Source: Octopus vulgaris
Lineage: Eukaryota
DNA length: 64,000 nt
NCBI GenBank assembly: GCA_951406725.2
Contig: OX597815.1
Span: forward strand, 3,534,001-3,598,000
Direction of reading: 5' to 3'
Of this stretch, positions 13,672 through 25,577 are shown piece by piece (positions within the stretch are counted from its first letter, which is position 1; each line of letters opens with the position of its first letter). A program made the translations under genes and the position numbers. The notes under the pieces were generated by a model. It had not been told where the DNA came from and did no database searches. It was given only the letters and a program-made list of their open reading frames with translations.

Positions 13672-14070
13672 GGCGCAGGAGTGGCTGTGTGGTAAGTAGC
13701 TTGCCAACCAACTACATGGTTCCGGGTTCAGTCCCACTGCTTGGCACCTTGGGCGAGTGTCTTCTACTGTAGCCTCGGACCGACCAAAGCCTTGTGAGTG
13801 GATTTGGTAGATGGAAACTGAAAGAAGCCTGTCGTATATGTGTGTGTGTGTATATGTTTGTGTGGCTGTGTTTGTCTCCCCACCATCGCTTGACAACCGA
13901 TGCTGGTGTGTTTACGTCCCCGTAACTTAGCGGTTCGGCATAAGAGACCGATAGAATAAGTACTAGGCTTACAAAGAATAAGTCCTGGTGTCGATTTGCT
14001 CGACTAAAAGCGGTACTACAGCATGGCCACAGTCAAATGACTGAAACAAGTAAAAGAATATAAATAAAAG
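13672..14070 (+). mobile_element. SINE family A
   Basis: Full length; matches 4099-4550. Confidence 0.9.
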
Positions 14071-14382
14071 AATAAGGATTAGCTCTAGGGTGCATTCCTT
14101 GATGGTAATTGAAAGAAAGATCAGCAGGGCTGGTGACCCTGCGGGTTTGACGCTATTGGGAAGGGTGGGGCTTTGTAATTGAAGTGCATTTGTATGGGTG
14201 ATGGTCAGGTTGTGGAGTGGAATAGGATAGCGTTGTGGAGAATTACCGAAATATTAAAAGATATTGGGACGAACATTCTATCGATTGTGTCAACCACGCA
14301 TAAATGGCTTTCTTTCTATTTATTATTCTATCTAGCTATATATCTATCCATATCTACATCTCTCTCTTTATATATAGATATA

Positions 14383-14970
14383 CGTTTCTTTATTGCCCAC
14401 AAGGGGCTACACACAGAGAGGACAAACAAGGACAAGCAAAGGGCTTAAGTTGATTACTTCGACCCCAGTAGGTAACTGGTACTTTATTTATCGACGCCGA
14501 AAGGATGAAAGGCAAAGTCGACCTCGGCGGAATTTGAACTCAGAATGTAACGGCAGACGAAATACCTATTTCTTTACTACCTACAAAGGGCTAAACACAG
14601 AGAGGACAAACAAGGACAGACACACGGATTAAGTCGATTATATCGACCCCGGTGCGTAACTGGTACTTAATTTATCGACCCAGAAAGGATGAAAGGCAAA
14701 GTCGACCTCGGCGGAATTTGAACTCAGAACGTAACGGCAGACGAAATACCTATTTCTTTACTACCCACAAGGGGCTAAACACAGAGAGGACAAACAAGGA
14801 CAGACAAAGGGATTAAGTCGATTATATCGACCCCGGTGCGTAACTGGTACTTATTTAATCGACCCCGAAAGGATGAAAGACAAAGTCGACCTCGGCGGAA
14901 TTTGAACTCAGAACATAAAGACAGATGAAGTACCGCAAAGCATTTCGCCCGACGTGCTAACGTTTCTGGC
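14383..14970 (-). mobile_element. SINE family B, three tandem units
   Basis: The junction GACGAAATACCTATTTCTTTACTACC occurs twice. Confidence 0.9.
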
Positions 14971-15139
14971 AATCAGATCCATGATGTGAAAGAAGTAAAT
15001 AAGTAAACAGAAATGGAGGGGAAAGTATAGGAATGGAGGAAAATATAAACTGAAGAGAGAAATGTTGAAAATAAAATCCAGTTGGAATAAATGGAAGAAA
15101 AAGATTTTAAAAAGAGAGCGCGCACGCGTACACACATAT

Positions 15140-15487
15140 ACTCTTTTACTCTTTTACTTGTTTCAGTCATTTGACTGCGGCCATGCTGGAGCACCGCCTT
15201 TAGTCGAGCAAATCGACCCCGGGACTTATTCTTTTGTAAGCCCAGTACTTATTCTATCGGTCTCTTTTGCCGAACCGCTAAGTGACGGGGACATAAACAC
15301 ACCAGCATCGGTTGTCAAGCAATGCTAGGGGACAAACACAGACACACAAACATATACACACACATACATATATATATATATACATATATACGACAGGCTT
15401 CTTTCAGTTTCCGTCTACCAAATCCACTCACAAGGCGTTGGTCGGCCCGGGGCTATAGCAGAAGACACTTGCCCAAGATGCCACGCA
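15140..15487 (-). mobile_element. SINE family A, 5'-truncated
   Basis: Reverse-complement match. Confidence 0.9.
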
Positions 15488-15600
15488 AAATTATGCCACG
15501 CAAAATTATGCAAAAAACAAACAAACAGGAAATGGCAAAGACAGGTCAGGGGACCAGAAACAAAGTGTATTAATTTTAAGCTCAGAAGAAATGGAAGAGT

Positions 15601-15636
15601 TTTTGACGTTTCGAGCGTATGCTCTTCTGCAGAAAA
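15601..15636 (-). ncRNA. Minimal type I hammerhead motif (A6C variant), family H1
   Basis: UUUU-CUGCAGA-A-GAGC-auac-GCUC-GAAA-CG-UC-AAAA. Confidence 0.6.
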
Positions 15637-15670
15637 GAGTGAAGAAAGGCAGATAGAGAAGAAAATGGAT

Positions 15671-15775
<105 letters not shown>

Positions 15776-16111
15776 GAGATTGAAAAGGATAGGAAGAGAT
15801 TTAAAGCTCAAGAGATTAGAAAAGATTAAGAAAGACGATGATAAAATGCAAGGGAGAGGAATAAAATTGAATAAGAGACGAGGATGAATTAGTTTTTAAT
15901 GAGTGGCTCTTGAAAAGTGAGTGATGTGGCCAACCATTGTTATTATTGGTCCATCAGTCTGTTGGGTGGAAGTGGCGGGGGTGGGCGGATGGGTAGGGTT
16001 TAGAGGAGTCAGTAACACTTGAGGCCAGGGATATGTTTTTTTAATGGCTTTCATTGCTGCTGACGAAGGAGTTGGTGACCGTGTTACAAGCAGAACCAAC
16101 ACAACGCGATT

Positions 16112-16154
16112 CCACTGGTGGAGATCTTTCGTTGCTACTTCATCAGCAAATTGG
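16112..16154 (-). ncRNA. Minimal type I hammerhead motif
   Basis: UG-CUGAUGA-A-GU-agca-AC-GAAA-GAUC-UC-CA. Helix III is the palindrome AGAUCU; helix I is weak. Confidence 0.5.
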
Positions 16155-16175
16155 TGAACGCTTCGCTAAATTACC

Positions 16176-16504
16176 ATCTCTCCCTCTCTCCATCCTCACT
16201 CTCTCTCTCTCTCTCTCCCTTTCTCTCTCCACTCCCGCTCTCTCTCCTTCTCTCTCCCTCTTTCCCCTCCAGCTCTCTCTCTCCTTCTCTCTCCCTCTCT
16301 CCACTCCCACTTTCTCTCTCTCTCCCTTCCTCTCTCTTCCTTCTTCTCTCCACTCCCGCTCTTTCTCTCCTTCTCTCTCCATCTCTCCACTCCCACTTTC
16401 TCTCTCCTTCTTTCCACCCTGCTCTCTCCCTTTCTATCTCACTATCTTTATTTCCCTCTCTCTCCCTCATCATTTCTGTTTCTCTCAGCTCGCCTCTCCT
16501 CCCC

Positions 16505-16537
<33 letters not shown>

Positions 16538-16641
16538 TTTCACTATCTTTATTTCCTTCTCGTCTGTTACTTTCCCCTCTCTCATCATCATTCTTTCTCT
16601 CATCTCACTTCTCCCTCTTACTCTTTTCACTACCTTTATAA

Positions 16642-16698
<57 letters not shown>

Positions 16699-17290
16699 CT
16701 CAATTCCTTTCACCCTCTCTTTCTCTTTCTCTTTCTTTCTCTCTCTCTTTCTCTCTCACCTACCATTTCATCACCACAACATTAATTGCCATAACCACCA
16801 CTAGAACTACAACCACAACTGCTATCATCACTATTACCATTCTAATCCAACTACTGCAACCGACACTACACCAGCTATTGCTGCTATTACCATCCCATTG
16901 CCGAAACCACAAGTACTACACTACAACCGCAGCCACAACAGCTATTAACTACTACAATTAACATTTTACTGAAGCTACAGCTACTACCACAATTACACCA
17001 CTGCTACTACTACCACGACTACAAACCACTACTACTACTGCTACTACTACTACCACTACTACTACTACTGCTACTACTACCACCACCACCACCATTACTT
17101 CTACTACTACCACTACTATTACTGCTGCTACTACCACTATTACCACCATCACTACTACTACTACTACCACCACTACTACTACAACTACTACTACCACTGC
17201 TGCTACTGCTACTACTACTACCATTACTATTTCTACTACTACCATTACTACTACTAACATTACTAATACTACTACTACAACTACTTTCCT
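16176..17290. repeat. (CT)-rich tract followed by (ACT/ACC)n low-complexity repeat
   Basis: Seen directly. Confidence 0.95.
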
Positions 17291-17425
17291 CATGCCCCAT
17301 AAATTTCCTATAAATTTCCTCCTAATATATATAATTTTCCCCCATAAATTTCCTCGTCCCGCTGGTATTTCTCCCTCTTTTATGTTTCCTTACATTTCAC
17401 CCTAAAATCGCCTGACATTGCAACA

Positions 17426-17480
<55 letters not shown>

Positions 17481-17565
17481 GTTATTATTATAATTATTAT
17501 TATTATCATTATTATTATTATCATTATTATTATTATTATTATTGTTATTATTATTATTGTTATTA

Positions 17566-18120
17566 CTCACGGAGAGTAAAGACCGGATGAAAGGCGTTTA
17601 ATTGCATAAGGGATGTGCTCAAGGGAAGGTTGGACAGGACCACCCGCGCCAACCTCATCAACAGTACAGTTCTACCTGCAAAACTATATGGTAGTGAAAT
17701 ATGGGCTACAACAAAGAGAGAAGAGCAGAGACTGGTAACGGCTCAAAGAGCCCTGGAAGGGTCAATGCTTGGTATCTCGTTGAGAGAGAGAGCACATCAG
17801 TAGCGAGATCATCAGAAAGAAGTCCGGCGTGAGAGATGTCATTGCAGAGTATACACGCAGCAAGTTTAGATGGGCTGGACACGTCACCCGGCTCACCGAT
17901 AATCGGTGGACCCACGCAGTCGTCGAGTGGTACCCGCGCGATTGGAAACGACCACCCGGAAGGCCTCCACGACGGTGGAGTTACGATTTCAGGAGGACGA
18001 TAGGGTACACGTGGATGAGAAAGGCGCGATCCAGAGAGGAGTGGACAGCGTGCTGTGACCAGCGGCGTCAAATGGACGCCTGACGGACTGGTCGGTCAAA
18101 TGATCAAGTGATCAAGTGAT
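17566..18120 (+). mobile_element. RTE-clade LINE 3' fragment
   Basis: Reads VLPAKLYGSEIW and KFRWAGHVTRLTDNRWT..WYPRDWKRPPGRPPRRW; tail (TGATCAAG)n. Confidence 0.9.
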
Positions 18121-18224
18121 ATATATATATATATAGTTGAAATTTACAGAAAATCAAAAGACGAAGATATGGGGTATAAACGAGAAGCAGGTGTATTAGT
18201 TTGACGCTCAGGGAAATGAAAAAG

Positions 18225-18263
18225 TCCTTTACGTTTCGAGCCTACGCTCTTCGACAGAAAGGA
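18225..18263 (-). ncRNA. Minimal type I hammerhead motif (A6U variant), family H1
   Basis: UCCUUU-CUGUCGA-A-GAGC-guag-GCUC-GAAA-CG-UA-AAGGA. Confidence 0.6.
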
Positions 18264-18334
18264 ATAAGAGAAAATAAAGAGAGAAAATATACTTGTAGAT
18301 TTCAGCGGTCCAGCATGTATATATACATATATAC

Positions 18335-18652
18335 ATCACCGTGATCACCGTGATCACCGTGACCGACCAGGCTATCAGATGTTGCTACACATCGCTGATC
18401 ACAATGCGCTTCGCATTGTTTTAGCCTTGAAATAACGCCACCCCGCTGGCTAAGCGAGCAGGCCAACAGAAGAAAGAGTGAGAGAAAGTTGTGGCGAAAG
18501 AGTACAGCAGGGATCGCCACTACCCCCTGCCGGAGCCTCGTGGAGCTTTAGGTGTTTTCGCTCTATAAACACTCACAACGCCCGGTCTGGGAATCTAAAC
18601 CGCGATCCTACGACCGCGAGTCCGCTGCCCTAACCACTGGGCCATTGCGCCT

Positions 18653-18654
<2 letters not shown>
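18335..18654 (-). mobile_element. tRNA-derived SINE with RTE-like tail
   Basis: Head GGAGGCGCAATGGCCCAGTGGTTAGGGC..GGTTTAGATTCCC; tail CTGGTCGGTCACGGTGATCACGGTGAT. Confidence 0.85.
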
Positions 18655-18703
<49 letters not shown>

Positions 18704-18720
18704 CATATGTATATATATAT

Positions 18721-18803
<83 letters not shown>

Positions 18804-19355
18804 GAACAATATCTCTTTTATGATTGTTAGAAGCTAAAGAGTTTAAGAAAAGACAAGATCGGGCAGATTGAGGAACAGTTAGACTGACGTTCAGGAACAA
18901 GATGCTGACAATGAAGTTGGTGATGACGGCAACGACGATGATGAGGAAAATGATGGCGATCATCATCAGCATCACAATTATCATTATCATGACGAGTAAT
19001 ACAAAACGAAAAACACTCAAAAACCAAAAAGCAGCCACAAAAAATTTTTTTCCTTTCTCTGTTTCCTTTTTTTTTCTTGTTTAAAGCAAAATGAATCGAA
19101 ACTGCGAAACAAGAAAAACAATATGAAGAGGAAATGTTGTTGAAGTCCTATCTATAGCATGGTGTCGGTGGGAGGAGAGAAAGAGAGAGAGAGAGGCGGG
19201 TGGAGGGAGGAAAGATCTAAAAGAGACGACTAGGAAGAATATAGGCAACTGTGAAGAAGAACAAGAAGAACAAAAGGAACGATTCTCTTCCTTAACAACT
19301 TTGGCCTTCTTCCATTCTGTAACTGTATCACTCGCCAAAAGACATATATGTGTGA

Positions 19356-19427
<72 letters not shown>

Positions 19428-19428
<1 letters not shown>

Positions 19429-19590
19429 TAGCAGAGATACCCGGCGTTGCCCGCTTACATTCAATTGAAGAATTAGACTTTTCTGTTATATTTTCTGTAA
19501 TGAACTGGAATATCTATGTTTCGAATTTCATCAAAATTGCAGATGAGGGTTATTTCCCGCTTTACACCCTCCCAAAAAAACTGTATCTCT
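19428..19590 (+). mobile_element. Helentron/DINE-like fragment
   Basis: Starts ACTAGCAGAGATACCCGGCGTTGCCCG. Confidence 0.5.
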
Positions 19591-19644
19591 TTTATGACTG
19601 TTAGAAGCTAAAGAGTTTAAGAAAAGACGAGATCAGGTAGATTG

Positions 19645-19815
19645 GTACCCGCACGAGCGGAAAAGTCCACCCGGAAGACCACCACGACGGTGGAGTTACG
19701 ATTTCAGGAGGACGATTGGGATCAAGGCGCGATCCAGAGAGGAGTGGACAGCGTGCTGTGACCAGCGGTGTCAAATGGACCCCTGACGGACTGGTCGGTC
19801 AAGGTGTCAAGGTGA
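19645..19815 (+). mobile_element. RTE LINE extreme 3' fragment
   Basis: Similar to 17930-18120. Confidence 0.85.
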
Positions 19816-19825
19816 TATACATACG

Positions 19826-19859
<34 letters not shown>

Positions 19860-20664
19860 TGTATGTATGTATGTATGTATGTATGTATGTATGTATGTAT
19901 GTGCATGTATGTATGTATACACACACACACACAGATATACAGATAATTATATATTTATATATGAACAAATATACATATTATATATTATGTAGCTATATTT
20001 GTCTATATATAATAAAGACAAAGAAATCGCAAGAGAGAGAGAGGGGGGAGGGGGAGCGATGCTTTGGGAAGGTGGTGAGAGAAAATAATCGTTTACGGAA
20101 GATACAGACACTAAAGACTGCATTGGAGGTAGTAGTGGGAGGAGGTAACAAGACGTAGGGTGTAGATTATTTTTGTTTTATGAAGTAGTGAGTATATTCA
20201 GAGTTATCTCGTATTGATGCTGCTGCTGCTGTTGTTGTTGTTGTTGTTGTTCGTGGAGATGTTAAAGAAAAAGAGGGAAAAACAAAGAAACTACGGCCAA
20301 ATCTGATCATCCTGCTTTCCCATGAAGCCTCTTCTGCAGTCGTGCCTCTGCTTGTCTCGAATCGAGCTCATCAGGCATCAGGAAGACTGCAACAGAAGTG
20401 GACACCGGCCTCCGAAAATCTTCGCGCATATATATAACCGGTGATTGCCGTACGTTGACAAGAGGCAAATACCTAGGAACTGCAGTCCGTGCGTATCACT
20501 TAGGTTTACGAGAGAGGGATGATCTCCCTTTGCAAATACCATAAGGGCACAGAAAGTGTGCCTAAAGCCAGCTGGAGACGATGATCTCCTGGGGCTAAAA
20601 GCTACTGTAACACCCACCCTTAGTGGTTAGCCATATTGAGATGGCTAGTATACTTTACGTTATA

Positions 20665-20939
20665 TATATATTATTCATAGAAAAATACAGTGTACATTTA
20701 AACACATAAGAGATGACCATAATAGGACATCTGAATCACTAGAAAGAGCAGTTAAACTCTAATAGTTGTAATTCTGAAAGGGAGTGAGAGGTAAACGTTT
20801 TTTATTTCTCATTCCCTTTCAAAATTACAACTATTAGTGGTTTGGTGTTTAACTGCTCTTTCTAGTGAGTCATATGTCCTATGATGGTCATCTCTTATGT
20901 GTTTAAATATACACTGTATTTTTCTATGAATAATATATA
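20665..20939. repeat. Foldback inverted repeat, ~125 bp arms and ~16 nt loop
   Basis: TTATTCATAGAAAAATACAGTG.. pairs with ..CACTGTATTTTTCTATGAATAA. Confidence 0.92.
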
Positions 20940-21032
20940 GTCTATTGATTAATTTTTCCTTCTCGCTTGACCACTGGTAGCAAAGAATTTCTCTAAAATT
21001 TTAATTTGCTACCCTTAGATTTATTAATATAT

Positions 21033-21229
<197 letters not shown>

Positions 21230-21646
21230 CGATAGCAGCCTGTTCGTCTCCACTATAAGGCTGTCGCTACGCTTATTCTTCGGATTATAATACAGCAGTT
21301 TTCAGAAATTTCGCACGATTGTATCCAAAATTTCTTCACATAGCTTGATTAACAATTTACTATGAACTATATATGGACAAGCACATATTCTGTGAGTTCG
21401 ATACCTCTCATCGGATCTCCAGGAATCAAACTTTCTTCAATACGGATAAACTCACACTCTCACTTTTATCTTCACTTTCTGGAAAACTAAGATGTTTTGA
21501 AAAAACTTTTTAATAACCTGATATATGACTGTGTAATACTAATTGAACTCTTAGAAACCAATATGTTATCTAAATTCTCATTTTTATAGAATTTTCCATG
21601 ATATTTCACGAGTGTAACATTACCCCCTTTGATGTTTGGGAATTTC

Positions 21647-21752
21647 GGATGCTTTTTCGGCTGATGAGTACGAGCCATCTATATTTACTGCAATTTTTGT
21701 AGCTTTATTAAAGATGTCCTCGTACGAAACAATTGTACAGATATATTGATCC
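21647..21752 (+). ncRNA. Type I hammerhead motif with long helix II
   Basis: CUGAUGA (21661), GUACGAG..CUCGUAC, GAAA (21726), CAAUUG, UA. Helix III is the palindrome ACAAUUGU. Confidence 0.8.
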
Positions 21753-22085
21753 ATTCTTGTTGCTCTTTTCCTATATATATATATATATATATATATATTT
21801 CAACAATTGAGGGTAAAATTAATTAATTATTAATCAATTTCACCAAGTATTCAGTATGTAAAGGGACCATTTAAGGTGAATTCAAAATATTACATTATAT
21901 AAAAGGGCTTAGTAAAATATATTACTTTGCCACATACTGAACTCATTAGAAATAGCAGCTAAAATAATTTTTTTAGCTATTTCTAATACTTAAAGAAAAA
22001 TCTCTCTCAGATAGTGTTTGCTCAAACCAACTCACGAAAGTATGGGGGTAAAAAAATTAAAAAACTCACAAGTGCAAAGGTTATT

Positions 22086-22137
22086 TGAGAACGTACGTTT
22101 CTAGATTAGTCAAATCGACATTTCTTTCGTCAGCTCA
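22086..22137 (-). ncRNA. Type I hammerhead motif (left arm)
   Basis: Reverse complement of 22374-22425. Confidence 0.75.
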
Positions 22138-22373
22138 GAACTCCTTGATTCGGATTTGGGAACACTGAAAGTGGGAGCATACCCTTTTGGCTTCTTATCA
22201 CCACCGGACATCCTTTGAGCAAACACTATCTGAGAGAGATTTTTTTAGCTATTTCTAATACTTAAAGAAAATCTCTCTCAGATAGTGTTTGCTCAAAGGA
22301 TGTCCGGTGGTGATAAGAAGCCAAAAGGGTATGCTCCCACTTTCAGTGTTCCCAAATCCGAATCAAGGAGTTC

Positions 22374-22425
22374 TGAGCTGACGAAAGAAATGTCGATTTG
22401 ACTAATCTAGAAACGTACGTTCTCA
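22374..22425 (+). ncRNA. Type I hammerhead motif (right arm)
   Basis: UGAG-CUGACGA-a-AGA-aau-GUC-gauuu-GAC-uaa-UCU-a-GAAA-CGUACG-UU-CUCA. Confidence 0.75.
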
Positions 22426-22611
22426 AATAACCTTTGCACTTGTGAGTTTTTAATGTTTTTACCCCCATACTTTCGTGAGTTGGTTTGAGCAAACACTATC
22501 TGAGAGAGATTTTCTTTAAGTATTAGAAATAGCTAAAAAAATTTTTTTAGCTGCTATTTCTAATGAGTTCAGTATGTGGCAAAGTAATTTATTTTACTAA
22601 GCCCTTTTATA

Positions 22612-22688
<77 letters not shown>

Positions 22689-23766
22689 GTGAAGCGTGTG
22701 TACAGCTATATAATAATCTGCTTGTTCCTTCACCCCTTATACATTAGTTACTTAGAGAGCTAGAGGTGGAGAAAGAGAGAGGAGAAGCCCGAAGAAAAAA
22801 GAGAGGGTGAAGAAGAGAAAGGCCAAATGTGTTACCTGTTCAGCTGAAGCGAAAGGTGAAGAGATAGACTATGTTTAGGAATGCAGTTATTTAGCAGAGG
22901 CTGCGTTTAAAGAAAGGTAGATAGAGATGGACAACAGTGTTTTCATTTCTATGAATTTTGTATCTGACGCTGCCGCTTGATTCATCGGTTCTTGTCAGTC
23001 ACACGGGGTCAAACATTTTACAATATTTCATCTTAAGTATAAACAAAAATAAGTTCTCAATGTCTAAAACTCTACCTTCATTTTTTTGTTTGCTCACCAT
23101 TTTTACCATTCCAGGATAGAGGTTGGCTGTTCGAGTGTCGCAAAGAACATCGTTTGCAGCATAAAAACTGACAGACGTCAGGTTGGGGTGCAAAATATTC
23201 TTGCCTCAATTGAACTTGGTAGAATCCACTTCTAAGACTCTACTTCTGACGGCATTTTAACGCAAACACCCCACCCCCGCACCAGCACCATCACAAAAAA
23301 AAACAACAACAATATCGACAATACTATTGTTGTTGTTGTTGTTGTTGTTTCTTGTTATTAGAACAAAACGACAAGGAAAAAGAGAAGAAGGAAAGCGAGA
23401 AGATGAACCACAAAAGAGAAGAAAATGCCAAAACAGCCCAACTGGAAGCAAATGGAGAAAAGCTGTGATGCGGAGAGTAGAAAAATTGATCGGAATATAA
23501 ATACACGCACACACACAGGAGTTGTGCGTATAAATAATACACGTATATCAACGCATGATTCATACATTAGCATCAAAATAGGAAAATAGGCGTCCATGAA
23601 AAGTGAGCAATTATGGCGGGGGACATTACGTATATGGATTTTAAAAAATGGCTTAGACAGTTCACATAATTGCACGTATGTATGTTTGTATGTATGTATA
23701 CACACACACATATGTGTATATATGTATACACACACACACACACATATATGCACATATAAATGTATA

Positions 23767-24060
23767 CATATTTTACAGACACGAAAATAAATTTCCAACG
23801 CAGTATAGCCGTGAAAACAACTGAGAAAAATTGTGTGTTTTAGCCTTACAAGAGGGGGAAAAGAGGTAATTGTTGTTAACGGGCCGTTTAGCTTAATCTT
23901 CGAGTACTCATCTGATATCTGGGGAATGTAGGTTCGAGTCCCGTGGCTGTCTGCTGGCAACTGCTTTCCGTCTGATAAGGCTAAAACACCCAATCTTTTG
24001 GCGTTGTTTTCACGGCTATACTGCGTTTCAAATTTACTTTCTTTTTCTCTGTAAAATATC
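23767..24060. mobile_element. MITE-like element with long imperfect TIRs
   Basis: Perfect 25 bp IR at 23797-23821 and 24003-24027, extended by GTGTTTTAGCCTTA/TAAGGCTAAAACAC inside and ATATTTTACAGA/TCTGTAAAATAT outside. Confidence 0.85.
23882..23952 (+). pseudogene. tRNA-like cloverleaf, anticodon GAT
   Basis: All four arms can be drawn with several G-U pairs and mismatches. T-loop GGTTCGAGTCC; D-loop lacks GG. Confidence 0.5.
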
Positions 24061-24098
24061 AAGTACTTTCGAGGCTTCCAAAGTTTGTTTATAAAATG

Positions 24099-24157
<59 letters not shown>

Positions 24158-24215
24158 TTATGTGTGAACGCGCGCGTATGTGCAGGTATATTTGCACATA
24201 TATACATACATACAT

Positions 24216-24271
<56 letters not shown>

Positions 24272-24460
24272 ATATGTGCAAATATACCTGCACATACGCG
24301 CGCGTACACACACACACATCGCAGTCCGACGATGGCTTATCTAGCCGAAACTTGGAAGTCACTGTCAACAAGTGTGAACTTAGTCTGCAAGCTGTGGACA
24401 GTTGACACTTTCCATCATACCCAGCAAAATAAGCTGAGTGTTTTCAACAAATGATAATAA

Positions 24461-25005
24461 ATGCCCAGGCAGTGGTTCTCATGGCTTCTGATCTTAACTG
24501 ACTGGAAGTGTTATCATGTACATTGTTTTGTCTTGTTACAAAAGATGGGCTACAGCAAATATTCTGCTCAATACCACAGATTTGCTTGTCAGTTGTTTGA
24601 CCGTAACCAGTTGAGCATGTCCCTTGGTGGCTGACGATATGTGCATCTCTGATCACGAGAAGAAGTAGTCGGGGAGCATCATTGCCATGAATTAAGAGAA
24701 ATTCTTTCGGTGGTTGAATAATTCACCTCTGGAAACATTGATGGTTCGTTCAACATCCTTAAATAACCCTAATTCAAGGACCTTTTGAGCGGGATGGGCT
24801 ACTCGACCAGAAGAAAATTCTAACTGGGCCCCACCCGCAAGGTCATGCGCTGTTTATCTTGTTATGAGATCACCATGTCGCGCACATATGGTTGTGATGC
24901 ATGTGCCTGGTGTACTCTTATCAGACGGGTAGTCATGATGGGTATACTGGGCTTCGTATATTTTATCCCAGTATCACTTTGATGGTATGCACTGCTCTTT
25001 CACTC
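24461..25005 (+). mobile_element. ~550 bp non-coding interspersed element (family D) ending in (CAA/TAA)n
   Basis: Inverted copies at 45219-45699 and 46665-47219. Confidence 0.85.
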
Positions 25006-25026
25006 AACAACAACAACAACAACAAC

Positions 25027-25078
<52 letters not shown>

Positions 25079-25456
25079 TTAATAATCTTTCCTACAATAG
25101 GCACAAGGTCTGAAATTGTTGGGGAGGGGGCTAGCCAATTACATCGACCCCAGTGTGTAACTGGTACTTATTTTGTCGACCTAAAAGTATGAAAGGCAGA
25201 ATCATTTGAACACAGAACGTAAAGACGGACGAAACACCGCAGAGCATCTTGTCCGGCGTGCTGTAAATTATTACAAAGCCCTCCAAGAGCGCCATTCCGC
25301 TCGACAGGCAAGTATACTAAATGTATGGATGGTCGATAAAATAATGAGGCAGATGAAAGGAAAATATATGAGATGAAAGAGAAACAAACATGAAGAAAAA
25401 TAAGACGAAGAAAAACGGGAAGAAAAAAAGTTGTTATTTTGAGATAGGGAGATGGG

Positions 25457-25577
<121 letters not shown>

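Larger units (their letters stand above)
21894..22615. mobile_element. 722 bp near-perfect palindrome; each arm is a 30 bp-IR-bracketed HHR cassette
   Basis: Arms 21894-22243 and 22268-22615 with a 24 nt spacer; flanked by (TA)n. Confidence 0.92.

Noticed and set aside
14383-14970. Regular repeats resembling a CRISPR array
   Set aside because: Tandem SINE units with no unique spacers; eukaryotic context.
20300-20390. Minus-strand CTGATGA followed by a CTCG/CGAG hairpin
   Set aside because: No GAAA after the hairpin; at best a decayed motif.
23358-24371. 337 aa minus-strand ORF
   Set aside because: Runs through microsatellites and a TIR element; no recognisable domain.
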